Shown here: positions 13,648-23,979 of the stretch, piece after piece | How positions within the stretch are numbered: the first letter of the stretch is position 1 | Layout of the letters: each line of letters opens with the position of its first letter | From: Glaucostegus cemiculus | Lineage: Eukaryota | Reading direction: 5' to 3' | Length of the DNA stretch: 64,000 nt | Assembly (NCBI GenBank): GCA_976551045.1 | Contig: CDPCPM010000050.1 | Span: 18,042,001 to 18,106,000, forward strand | The notes under the pieces: model-generated | Seen by the model: the letters and a program-made list of their open reading frames with translations, nothing else | Told to the model about the DNA's origin: nothing | The model's database searches: none | Made by a program: the position numbers and the translations under genes

Positions 13648-13779
13648 AAAACTGCAGATACTGGAAACCTGAAACAAAACAGAAAATGCTGGAAAAACTC
13701 AGCAGGTCAAGCAGCATCTGTGCAAAGAAAAGCAGAGTTAATGTTTCAGGTCAAAGAGTCTTCCCACATCTGCAGTTTT
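13648..13779. mobile_element. Short Penelope-terminus derivative bounded by a 12-bp inverted repeat
   Basis: aaaactgcagat (13648-13659) ... atctgcagtttt (13768-13779). The interior matches PLE termini elsewhere (actcagcaggtcaagcagcatctgtg). Confidence 0.55.
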
Positions 13780-15289
13780 TTTTGTGATTTAAAAAAAAAT
13801 GTTTTCTCTGTTTCAATTCATGGTACAGAACCTCGCCAAGAATCTATTTGAGGTTCAAAGCTGCATATCCTATATGTGCATGTGGTTCTGACTGTTTTAT
13901 ACATACTTATCTGATGTAACTAAATTTTAAATCTACCCTAATGAAACACCTGGATGCAATGTTAATCAAACTTTCCATTCCTGTACTCATTTTAGGAACT
14001 ATGCCTTAATTTATGATCAGTAATGGTACAGCTGCCAGATTCTATTTTTGATTCTGTCATAGTTTTAAGGTTATATATAAATGACTTTTCTATTGGTATC
14101 CCTCACTTCTGTTACATTCTTGTTTTAAAATCTTTATTTTTTTAATATATTACTGAAAATTGGACTATTTTTCTTCTTAGACAGTCCCTTGGCTTCGAGG
14201 ATGACATGCTTCAGGTCTAATGACGAGGCCAGTGTTGGAAGTCAAAACTGTAGCAGCAAGACCTTTAAATGGGGGCCTTGATACAAATTTGACTTCTATT
14301 AATTTTTTAGTTTTTACAATGTTATATGTATCTGTTTACTTATTTACAGTGGATACCTGGGACTGGTGACAATTTGACATATGACATTTTTCTTGTTTTT
14401 ACTTCCAAACTTGTGTTCATTTCATGAAATTCTGATCCATCATTTCCCACATGCCTCCATTCCTGCATGGGCTGAAAATTTGTCCACTCCATTCATCTGA
14501 CCCCAAAAAAACAGGCAGGATCAGTGTATAATTATTGGGTGGATCTATACAAGGGATGGGTCATTTAGTGCAAAAGCTGAATACTTTGGATGCTGGACAT
14601 CTGAAAATAAATACAGAGAACATTGGAAATACTCTGCAGGTTACACAGCATTTGTGGCCTTATATCAGAATCAGAAAAAAATTAGAAATTAAAAAAAATT
14701 GAGAAAATAGGGAAGAACACAAGGCAAGGAATATGGTAGGGCAGCAGACATGAGAGTTTAAATCAAAGAAGGTGTAAAGCAAAGTTTTGGTTTTATGTTG
14801 AGAAGCAAATGAAGGGTCTAGAGGAGTTGTAAGTGGATTTAAAAACTCTTGTGCAATTTAGAACATTATGTGAAACTACTGAATTCAGTACTCAATCCAG
14901 AAGATTTTATTATGTTAAACTGAAGGAAATACTGCAATGCACCTTCAGCCCGCAATGTCTTTCCTCACCTCACCCACATCATTTTACTCCAATGTTGTTT
15001 CTTCTTCCTAGTTACTTACCTTATCCTGTTTTACTGCAGACTGTACGTAGGAGGACCTGGACAGCATCTAGTTTTGGGTAGTAAGTGGCAGGCAACATTG
15101 ACACCACACAAGTGGCAGGCAAAATTGATATTACACAATTGGCAGGTGACGATCCACTCTAACAAGAGCGAGGCTAATCATGTGTCAGAGACTTTCACGG
15201 TATCAGCATCAGCAAGTTCTTTCACCAGTAACATTCTGGGGAATCTCCACTGACTGTAAAATTAACTAGACCAGCCACTGTATTAACTA

Positions 15290-15531
15290 AGCAACAAACA
15301 AGATGCTGGACGACTCAGTGGGTCAGGCAGCATCTATGGAGGGAAGTGAACAGTTGATGTGTTGGGTCTGGACTAAAAGATAGAGGGGAAGTAGCCAATA
15401 TAAAAAGGTGGGGGGGGGGGGAGATGGAGCAAGAGCTAGCAAGTGATAGGTGGATCCAGGAGAGGGAGGGTGATAGGCAGATGGAGGACGAAGAGTGGAA
15501 ATGGTGACAGAGGCTGGGAGGTAATAGGTGG
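15290..15531 (-). mobile_element. Penelope-like pseudo-LTR, left half (split by the LTR retrotransposon)
   Basis: Homologous to 9500-9750 (actcagtgggtcaggcagcatctatggaggg; gagcaagagctagcaagtgataggt) and continues at 22274. Confidence 0.75.
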
Positions 15532-16356
15532 TGTTACGAAGTAGCTTACTTAGGCAAATATCCCTTTTAGATGGGACATTGTGTGTGTGTGCAACGTATT
15601 ACGTCAGCAGAAGATAAGACTAACGTGGTGACATCATTACAAGAGAGAAAAAGATAAGAGAGAGACAGACAGACAGATGGAAAGAGAGAAGAAGGAGAGG
15701 CGGCAGCTTGTTTTGTTTCTGTCGTTGGAAGAAGGACAGTAACTGTGTTTGTCACTAAAATCCGTGGATGGATTTCTGGAGTAGTCCAGTGGAATTCACT
15801 TTGTCGGTAACCTGTAGAAGGACACAGGTGTTTGCGTGAACAACCACATTTTGGATGCTCTTCCGAGTGGCAGATACTGTGGAACAAAGTGACGGAATTC
15901 ACTTTGCTGCTAACCTGTAGAAGAACACAGGTATTTGCATGGACAGTCAACATACAAGGAGTTTTCAGGGTGAGAAAGTCACTACCGAGTAAGCCCTGAA
16001 GTGTCGTTTGAGTTTCGAGTGGAACATTTGGATTTCGTGATTTCTCTCTAATCTCTCTCTATATCTATATTTTGTCTTCGGTGGACATTGCTTGTGAAGA
16101 AGCCTTTATTCGTGTCATCTTACGGCTTACTGAACTGACTTTAAGACCTAATTCCTGGACTTGGAGTTTAGGAACTTGCCGCACATACACGACGAGTAGT
16201 TTTGGGGTTATAGTTAAAGATTTTAACATTTTATTGTGTACTAATATACTAACTTTTTATTCTTATTTTACGTATTATCGGATGTAGTTATTAATAAAGT
16301 AGTCTTAACACTGAAGTATGACTTGGTGTGCTTCTTTTGTTGCTGGTTTCGTAACA
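15532..16356 (+). repeat. 5' LTR (825 bp)
   Basis: TGTTACGAA...TTCGTAACA 9-bp terminal inverted repeat; AATAAA at 16293-16298; duplicated at offset +5913. Confidence 0.97.
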
Positions 16357-16360
16357 AAAT

Positions 16361-16378
16361 TGGGGGCTCGTCCGGGAT
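16361..16378 (+). promoter_or_regulatory. Primer-binding site complementary to the tRNA-Pro 3' end
   Basis: TGGGGGCTCGTCCGGGAT, the 18-nt tRNA-Pro PBS also used by Moloney MLV, 4 nt after the LTR end. Confidence 0.95.
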
Positions 16379-16528
16379 CTTCCCAAGATTAATGAGTGTC
16401 GTTCTGGGATCCAGTCCAAAGATTTGGCTTGCAGTCAAACTTAAGACTGGTGCTGGAGGTCTGAATTTGGACATTGGGGTTGGTCCAATAAATTTTCTTA
16501 ATTGGCGTGTGTGTGGAAACCAGTAGCA

Positions 16529-19500
16529 ATGGAAGCGTTTATGAAAAAACCCACACCAAGTGGATTGCAGAGAATGAAGAAGTCTGAATTATTAATTCTT
16601 GCTACAGAGCTAAAACTTATGACAGTAACACAATCTATGAGAAAAGCAGATATCCAGAGAATAATAGCTGGTCATTATGTGAAAATGCAAGTGTTTGAAG
16701 AGGGAGTAGTAAAACAATTTCCTGGCAGTGAACAAGCGATTTCTGATGCCCAAATTCAGTTAGCAAAGATAGAGGCTGAAAAGGAACAAGCAAGAATAGA
16801 ACAAAAGAAATTAGAGCTAGAATCTGAAAGGGAGCAAAGGAGACTAGAATCTGAAAGAGAGCAAAGGAAATTTGAGGCAGAGCAAAGGAAACTAGAGGCA
16901 GAGGAAAAGAGATTGAAATTTGAGGCTGAAGCAGAGCAAAGAAAGATAGATTCTGAACGAGAACGATTGAAATTTGAGGCTGAGGTAGAGCAAAGGAAAC
17001 TAGAGGTAGAGGAAAAGAGGATGGAATTGAGGAGGATGGAGCTGGAAAGTAAGGAAAGGGAGAAACAAAGGAAATATGATGTAAGACTGAAGAGAAAGAG
17101 TTCAGATTCTGATTCTGATGATGAGTTTTCAGCCAGTAGGGAGGTTAGATTAGTCCCTCCTTTTGATGAAGATCAGGTTGAACAGTATTTCCAACATTTT
17201 GAAAAGGTTGCTACGAGTCTAAGTTGGCCAAAGAGGAGATGGGCTCTTATGTTACAGAGTGTGATTAAAGGCAAAGCTCAAAAAGCTTATTCTGCTTTGT
17301 CTGTGGAGGAGGCAGCTGATTATGAAAAAGTAAAACAAGCAATCTTGAAAGTGTATGAGTTGGTACCAGAAGCGTACAGACAAAAGTTTAGAGACTTGAA
17401 GAAAACTTCAGATCAAACATACATGGAGTTTGCCAATGGAAAGAGAATATGTTTTGAACGATGGTGTATGGCGAAAGATGTAGTTGATGATTATAACAAA
17501 TTGACAGAATTAGTTTTAATAGAAGACTTTAAAAGATGTGTACCAGCTGAAATAGCTGCATACCTAAATGAAAAGAATGTGGACACTTTACAAGAAACTG
17601 CTAGGTTGGCAGATGATTATGCTTTAACCCATAAATACAGATGGGGACAACCTAAAACCTTTCAAAGGAGTTACAGAGACAATCCAGGTAAACCAGAGAT
17701 TAAATTGGGAGATAATCCGAAAGGGAAGGATGACAAGAAGCCAGTGCTGGAGAAACCTGCTGAGCGTCTATGTTATTACTGTAAGAAGCCTGGCCATATG
17801 AAATTTGACTGTTCTGTTTTGAAGAAAAAGCAAGAAAAGGGAGCTGTGCCAACTGCCTGTTGTCAAGTCATTAAACCCGGAAATAGAAGAGGTTTAGGGG
17901 AGGTTGTGAAAGATCAGTCCTTGCTAGAGATGAAGACTGAAAAGCTGGATGAGGTGAGGGAGGAATTCCGTTCATATGTATCAGAAGGTTTTGTTTCACT
18001 GAAGGATGGGTCACCCCAGGTGCCAGTGAAAATTCTTAGAGATACTGGAGCTTCCCAATCTCTCTTGCTGGACAGTGTTTTAAATTTTGGTAAGGAAACT
18101 GAAACTGGTGAGGTAAATCTAGTGCGAGGTGTTACAGGTGATACCATGTTCGTGCCTTTGCACAAGGTGTTTCTAAAATCAAAGTTTGTGGAAGGACCTG
18201 TTGAGATAGGGATACGACCAAGTTTACCAGTGGAGGGTGTTTCTTTGTTATTGGGAAATGACCTTGCAGGTGAAGAATTTGTTTCTGTGGTACAGTTAAC
18301 AACTAAACCAAGCTTTACTGAATCTGAGGATGACGCAGACATTTATCCATCTTGTGCAGTAACCCGAGCTAAAGCTAAAGAATTAGCTAAGGCCGAGAAT
18401 TCTACACAGTCTGAAATTGTTCCTTGTGATAGTCCTAAACAAGAGGAAAGTTATGATGATTTGTCTGACACTTTTTTGTCTTCATTGGAGGATCAAAGTT
18501 TTGGTAGTGAGCCTGAATACAAAGATTTGTCTTTGTCAAGGAAAGAATTTATGGTGGAACAGAATAAAGACCCTGAACTGACTGAGCTGAAGGGAAAAGC
18601 ACTCTCAAGTGAGGAAATTGAAAAAGTGCCAGTTGGATATTATGTCAAAGATGGATTGTTAATGAGGAAATGGAGACCGCCTCATGTCCCTGTGAATGAG
18701 GAGTGGGAAGTTATTCATCAGGTAGTAGTTCCTAAAGTTTATCGGAATGAGATTTTAAACCTGGCCCATAGCATGCCTTTAGGTGGTCATTTAGGGGTGA
18801 ATAAAACTGTGGGGAAGATCTTGAAACAATTCTATTGGCCTGGTTTGAGAAGGGATGTGGTGATGTTTTGTCGAACCTGTCATACATGTCAGATGGTAGG
18901 TAAACCAAATCAAAACCCCCCTGTGGCTCCTCTGAAACCCATTCCTGCTTTTGGTGAACCCTTTTCAAAGGTGATTGTGGATTGTGTTGGACCATTGCCA
19001 AAGTCTAAAGCTGGGAATCAATATTTGTTAACCATCATGTGTACAACTTCTAGATTTCCAGAGGCAATCCCACTTAGAAATATTAAGGCCAAGACAGTGT
19101 CAAAAGCTCTTTTAAAATTCTTTACGTTTGTTGGTTTGCCAAAAGAAATCCAATCTGATCAAGGCAGTAATTTTATGTCCAATTTGTTTCGGCAACTGAT
19201 CCATGAGGTGGGAGCAAAGCAGATTGTGTCATCTGCATATCACCCAGAATCTCAAGGAGCATTGGAGAGATTTCATTCTACTCTCAAAAATATGATGAAG
19301 ACTTATTGCTTTGAAAACACGAAGGATTGGGATGAAGGAATACATTTACTGTTGTTTGCCATTCGAGAGGCAATTCAGGAGTCATTAGGATTTAGTCCAT
19401 TTGAACTTGTATTTGGATATCAGGTGAGAGGACCTTTGGAGTTGTTAAGAGAACAATGGGTTAATGAAGAAGTGCAGTTGAGTCTATTGGATTATGTCCA

Positions 19501-21319
19501 AAAGTTTAAAACTCGGCTGAAGAAAGTCTGTGAGCTAGCGAAAGAGAATTTAAAAACAAGCCAGATTAGGATGAAGGAATATTATGACAAACGTGCTCAG
19601 CCAAGGATATACGCAGTGGGTCAAAAAGTGCTCGCATTTTTCCCTAGTCAGACAAATCCATTGCAGTCGCGGTTTGAAGGACCATTCATTATCGAATCTA
19701 AGATAGGCGACCTCAACTATTTGCTAAAAACCCCAGAGAGACGCAAGAAAACCCAACTCTGTCACGTAAATATGTTGAAACCGTATTATGAGAGGAATAC
19801 AGTGGTGGCCACAGTGAATGAGGTGAAAGATCCTGAGACATCTGTTGTTGACAATGAGGAAGGCCAATGTAGACCAAATATTGTTTCAGCAAGGCTAGAA
19901 AACCAAAATATCTTGGAGAACCTTGAGACAAAGCTGGACCATTTACAAGATTCACAGAAACAGCAGATGAAACAGTTACTTTTAAAATTTAAAAATCTTT
20001 TTCCCAATGTGCCAAACCAAACGTCAATAATTAGCCATGATGTTGACGTTGAGGATGCAAAACCAATCAAACAACACCCATATCGAATGAATGTGGATAA
20101 AAGTAAACTTGTTGATCAGGAAATTGAGTATATGTTAGAAAATGACATCATCAGACGTTCCAGTTCAAACTGGAGTTCGCCCTGTGTAATTGTGCCAAAA
20201 CCTGATGGGACCATTAGATTTTGTACAGATTACAGAAAAGTGAATGCTGTGACAAAGTCGGATGCATACCCCATTCCAAGGGTAGATGATTGCATAGATA
20301 GAGTGGGGACAGCCAAATTTCTTACAAAGATTGATTTACTAAAAGGGTACTGGTGTGTTCCATTAACAGAGAGAGGAAGGGAGATTTCTGCCTTTGCAAC
20401 CCCTTCTGGATTGTATGAATACAATGTTTTGCCATTTGGAATGAAAAATGCCCCAGCAACATTTCAAAGAATGATCAATTCAGTGATTCATGGGTTAAAA
20501 CATACAGATGCCTATATTGATGATCTAGTGACAGGGAATGATACGTGGGAGGATCACATCATTGCATTAGAAAGGTTGTTTGAAAGACTTTCCAAAGCTA
20601 ACCTTACAGTCAATTTGGCTAAAAGTGAATTTGGCCATGCCACTGTGACATATCTTGGTTATGTTGTAGGTCAAGGCAAGTTAGCACCTGTTCAGGCAAA
20701 AGTTCAAGTGATATCTGAATTCCCTGTTCCTACAGGTATCAGAACTGTTAGAAGATTTCTGGGAATGGTTGGATATTATCGGAAATTTTGTAAAAATTTT
20801 GCTGATATTGCTCTTCCCTTAACTAATCTTCTGAAGAAAGGAGTGAAATTTGTTTGGACAGAGTCTTGTCAAGAAGCATTTGAGAAGCTAAAAACCATTT
20901 TGTGTTACTATCCTGTGCTCAAGTCACCTGACTTTGAAAAGCCATTTTCATTAGCAGTAGATGCCAGTGATGAAGCTGCAGGAGCTGTGTTGTTGCAGAA
21001 GAGTGACCTTGATGATATTGACCACCCTGTAGCTTACTTTTCAAAGAAGTTTAATGAGCACCAGAAAAATTACTCTACAATAGAGAAAGAATTGCTTTCA
21101 CTTGTTTTAGCCTTACAACATTTCAATGTGTATGTTTGCCCAACTCAGAAACCATTGATTATATACACAGATCATAATCCGTTAGTGTTTCTGAGCCGAG
21201 TGAAAAACAAAAACAGACGGCTGTTAAACTGGAGTTTAATTCTGCAAGAATTTGATCTCATGATAATTCACATTAAAGGCAAAGATAATGTAATTGCTGA
21301 TTGCCTTTCTCGATGTTAA
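16529..21319 (+). CDS. Gag-Pol polyprotein (1596 aa): coiled-coil/capsid Gag, CCHC knuckle, protease, integrase, RT, RNase H
   Basis: gcaATGg start. CYYCKKPGHMKFDC (17771-17812); LRDTGAS protease (DTG 18041-18049); HHCC zinc finger from 18767; D..D-35-E integrase core (about 18980-19267); GPF motif; RT YIDD (20513-20524); RNase H DAS/EKELL/YTDH/ADCLSR. No stop or frameshift. Confidence 0.97.
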   Translation: MEAFMKKPTPSGLQRMKKSELLILATELKLMTVTQSMRKADIQRIIAGHYVKMQVFEEGVVKQFPGSEQAISDAQIQLAKIEAEKEQARIEQKKLELESEREQRRLESEREQRKFEAEQRKLEAEEKRLKFEAEAEQRKIDSERERLKFEAEVEQRKLEVEEKRMELRRMELESKEREKQRKYDVRLKRKSSDSDSDDEFSASREVRLVPPFDEDQVEQYFQHFEKVATSLSWPKRRWALMLQSVIKGKAQKAYSALSVEEAADYEKVKQAILKVYELVPEAYRQKFRDLKKTSDQTYMEFANGKRICFERWCMAKDVVDDYNKLTELVLIEDFKRCVPAEIAAYLNEKNVDTLQETARLADDYALTHKYRWGQPKTFQRSYRDNPGKPEIKLGDNPKGKDDKKPVLEKPAERLCYYCKKPGHMKFDCSVLKKKQEKGAVPTACCQVIKPGNRRGLGEVVKDQSLLEMKTEKLDEVREEFRSYVSEGFVSLKDGSPQVPVKILRDTGASQSLLLDSVLNFGKETETGEVNLVRGVTGDTMFVPLHKVFLKSKFVEGPVEIGIRPSLPVEGVSLLLGNDLAGEEFVSVVQLTTKPSFTESEDDADIYPSCAVTRAKAKELAKAENSTQSEIVPCDSPKQEESYDDLSDTFLSSLEDQSFGSEPEYKDLSLSRKEFMVEQNKDPELTELKGKALSSEEIEKVPVGYYVKDGLLMRKWRPPHVPVNEEWEVIHQVVVPKVYRNEILNLAHSMPLGGHLGVNKTVGKILKQFYWPGLRRDVVMFCRTCHTCQMVGKPNQNPPVAPLKPIPAFGEPFSKVIVDCVGPLPKSKAGNQYLLTIMCTTSRFPEAIPLRNIKAKTVSKALLKFFTFVGLPKEIQSDQGSNFMSNLFRQLIHEVGAKQIVSSAYHPESQGALERFHSTLKNMMKTYCFENTKDWDEGIHLLLFAIREAIQESLGFSPFELVFGYQVRGPLELLREQWVNEEVQLSLLDYVQKFKTRLKKVCELAKENLKTSQIRMKEYYDKRAQPRIYAVGQKVLAFFPSQTNPLQSRFEGPFIIESKIGDLNYLLKTPERRKKTQLCHVNMLKPYYERNTVVATVNEVKDPETSVVDNEEGQCRPNIVSARLENQNILENLETKLDHLQDSQKQQMKQLLLKFKNLFPNVPNQTSIISHDVDVEDAKPIKQHPYRMNVDKSKLVDQEIEYMLENDIIRRSSSNWSSPCVIVPKPDGTIRFCTDYRKVNAVTKSDAYPIPRVDDCIDRVGTAKFLTKIDLLKGYWCVPLTERGREISAFATPSGLYEYNVLPFGMKNAPATFQRMINSVIHGLKHTDAYIDDLVTGNDTWEDHIIALERLFERLSKANLTVNLAKSEFGHATVTYLGYVVGQGKLAPVQAKVQVISEFPVPTGIRTVRRFLGMVGYYRKFCKNFADIALPLTNLLKKGVKFVWTESCQEAFEKLKTILCYYPVLKSPDFEKPFSLAVDASDEAAGAVLLQKSDLDDIDHPVAYFSKKFNEHQKNYSTIEKELLSLVLALQHFNVYVCPTQKPLIIYTDHNPLVFLSRVKNKNRRLLNWSLILQEFDLMIIHIKGKDNVIADCLSRC

Positions 21320-21434
21320 ACGAAAGACCTATATTGTTACTAATCTGATATACTGTTAGTATGTAGAATGATAATTACTAACATCACTAACTATATGCGC
21401 AGATAATAATTTTCTTTGAAAAAAAATTCTGTTT

Positions 21435-21444
21435 GTGTGGGAGG
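21435..21444 (+). promoter_or_regulatory. Putative short, imperfect polypurine tract
   Basis: gtgtgggagg directly abutting the 3' LTR TG. Confidence 0.55.
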
Positions 21445-22269
21445 TGTTACGAAGTAGCTTACTTAGGCAAATATCCCTTTTAGATGGGACATTGTGTGTG
21501 TGTGCAACGTATTACGTCAGCAGAAGATAAGACTAACGTGGTGACATCATTACAAGAGAGAAAAAGATAAGAGAGAGACAGACAGACAGATGGAAAGAGA
21601 GAAGAAGGAGAGGCGGCAGCTTGTTTTGTTTCTGTCGTTGGAAGAAGGACAGTAACTGTGTTTGTCACTAAAATCCGTGGATGGATTTCTGGAGTAGTCC
21701 AGTGGAATTCACTTTGTCGGTAACCTGTAGAAGGACACAGGTGTTTGCGTGAACAACCACATTTTGGATGCTCTTCCGAGTGGCAGATACTGTGGAACAA
21801 AGTGACGGAATTCACTTTGCTGCTAACCTGTAGAAGAACACAGGTATTTGCATGGACAGTCAACATACAAGGAGTTTTCAGGGTGAGAAAGTCACTACCG
21901 AGTAAGCCCTGAAGTGTCGTTTGAGTTTCGAGTGGAACATTTGGATTTCGTGATTCCTCTCTAATCTCTCTCTATATCTATATTTTGTCTTCGGTGGACA
22001 TTGCTTGTGAAGAAGCCTTTATTCGTGTCATCTTACGGCTTACTGAACTGACTTTAAGACCTAATTCCTGGACTTGGAGTTTAGGAACTTGCCGCACATA
22101 CACGACGAGTAGTTTTGGGGTTATAGTTAAAGATTTTAACATTTTATTGTGTACTAATATACTAACTTTTTATTCTTATTTTACATATTATCGGATGTAG
22201 TTATTAATAAAGTAGTCTTAACACTGAAGTATGACTTGGTGTGCTTCTTTTGTTGCTGGTTTCGTAACA
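21445..22269 (+). repeat. 3' LTR (825 bp)
   Basis: Identical to the 5' LTR by eye except T16043/C21956 and G16272/A22185. Confidence 0.97.
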
Positions 22270-22273
22270 GTGG

Positions 22274-22470
22274 AGGCAACAAATGGCTGCAGATGATGGA
22301 ATCTGATAGGAAGAAAATGGTGGAGCATGGAACCAAATGAGAGAGGTGTAGTGGGCTGATGGGGATAGTGGGGGAGGGGACCCAGTGGGAGGAGTGTGTG
22401 AGTGATGGGCAGATGGAGTGGGTGGAGAAGGAGAAAGAAACAAGTGATGGGGGTGGGGGTGAGTGTAGGA
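22274..22470 (-). mobile_element. Penelope-like pseudo-LTR, right half
   Basis: Joining the flanks gives gggaggtaataggtggaggcaacaaatggctgcagatgatggaatctgatagg, which parallels 9738-9790. Confidence 0.75.
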
Positions 22471-23979
22471 AGAACTGGCCCTGGTGAGATTCAGGGGATT
22501 GTAGGAAACATCTCCTGTGAACCAACTGCTGAACTTTTGGGATTTTCAAATAGTAAAATGTCAGATTATCAGAGTTTTACACAGTAGTAGTTTTGGAAAC
22601 AAAATCTAACATTTGATTGCATAGATTTCTGTGAGCCACTCATTCCCTTTAGCAGTACCATTTGTTAGTTCTCAATTCATTGACAGTTAATTAATTGGAC
22701 ATCAGTAACAGTTTAGTAGTCACTCGAGCTCATTGTTAATTTTGGGCCTAACACACACTTTCAAGTATAGTACCTTTTAAGTGTGTTGCATTATCCACTG
22801 TGAAAGCGTCTTTACAATGGGAGACATTTTCTGCATCACACACTAATCATAGGAGGAACAGAGATGTTATTCTTCAGATCCTAAATGTTCAGTGGAAAAC
22901 AAAATCCACAAGGCAAATCTACCAACTTTCCAGCATTCAAGAAAACTTCATTGTGAAATCTTTACCAACTTCCATTCTCTTTTCAGCATAATAATCTCAA
23001 GCATACACTAGGTCAGTAATTCCCAATTGTCCTTGATTTTTGTTTCTTGAGAATGAGAGAAATGTTTGGCAGTCTTGAAGCTAGAAAGCAGGTAATTAAG
23101 TTGTCGTTGAATTTATAGGGGCTGGTACGCCTACCCGGTTTATAGCCAGGACAGCAGTATTACATGACAATCAAAGCCCACTGCCCTATGGAACAATTCG
23201 GCGAAATCTCTAGTCTGTTTGTGCTGCTTCTGAATCATAGCCATTCCCCCTAATGACCTCCTACCTCCCACTGCCCTGCCCCTGCACCGTTACCATTGGC
23301 TGCCTGACACGTGGACCTTCCTGACACCCCGCCTCTCCTTGTCAATCAGATAGCAGGGAGATTTTGATTGCCTGAAGGGATGACTTTTTTGACTGTCAAT
23401 CAACTAACCTCCCACACCTTCATATCCAACCTAAACAGCACATCAATTTAAATGGTCTTATGATATTTCTTGTGAACTACTTGAATCAGGAAGCCAGGAA
23501 TTGATCTTTAATTAATTCCTGAATAATTCTGAATGGTTGGAACCGTGATGACAGCCATTATTTCTGAAGATTGGCCCAATGTGATCCAATTGCATAAGAC
23601 GACCCTTGGAGAAGCTCAAAACAAACAAGCCCCAAGGCTGAAAGAACATACGATGATTGCCTGTTGAAAATTCTGGCTTCCAGGGAATGTCATTACTCAG
23701 AAACATAATAGGAACTACACTCGTACAAGTTTCTTTCCAATCATTCCCATGACAACTCTTTTCAACAGTTTGACAAGGCTTAAAATTTAAGATTAGGTTA
23801 ACTCCATTCCAGTCAAATAGAGTCGAAACGGTTCAGGTCAAAAAATGTTGAGGCTTTTTTGAGCATTCAGCGCATTATAGAGCTTGATTTTCTTCCTGTG
23901 TTCACACCAAGACAAAGGTTAATGGGAGGAGCATTTCCTTAAAAAAAAGTGTCTCGGAAGTGAGACATTGCCTGTTTAA

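Larger units (their letters stand above)
15532..22269 (+). mobile_element. Full-length Gmr1-like Ty3/Gypsy LTR retrotransposon
   Basis: Two 825-bp LTRs (TG...CA), 4-bp TSD GTGG (15528-15531 and 22270-22273), tRNA-Pro PBS, purine-rich tract before the 3' LTR, and a single ORF with integrase upstream of RT. Confidence 0.97.

Noticed and set aside
15567-15953. 128-aa antisense ORF present twice (also 21480-21866)
   Set aside because: The duplication simply reflects the two LTRs; no recognisable domain.
17914-18342. 142-aa ORF antisense to pol
   Set aside because: Probable shadow ORF of a long coding frame; no motif support.
21320-21444. Possible env or accessory gene in the LTR element (endogenous retrovirus suggested by the MLV-type PBS)
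   Set aside because: Only 125 nt lie between the stop and the 3' LTR, and RT/IN are Gypsy-type.
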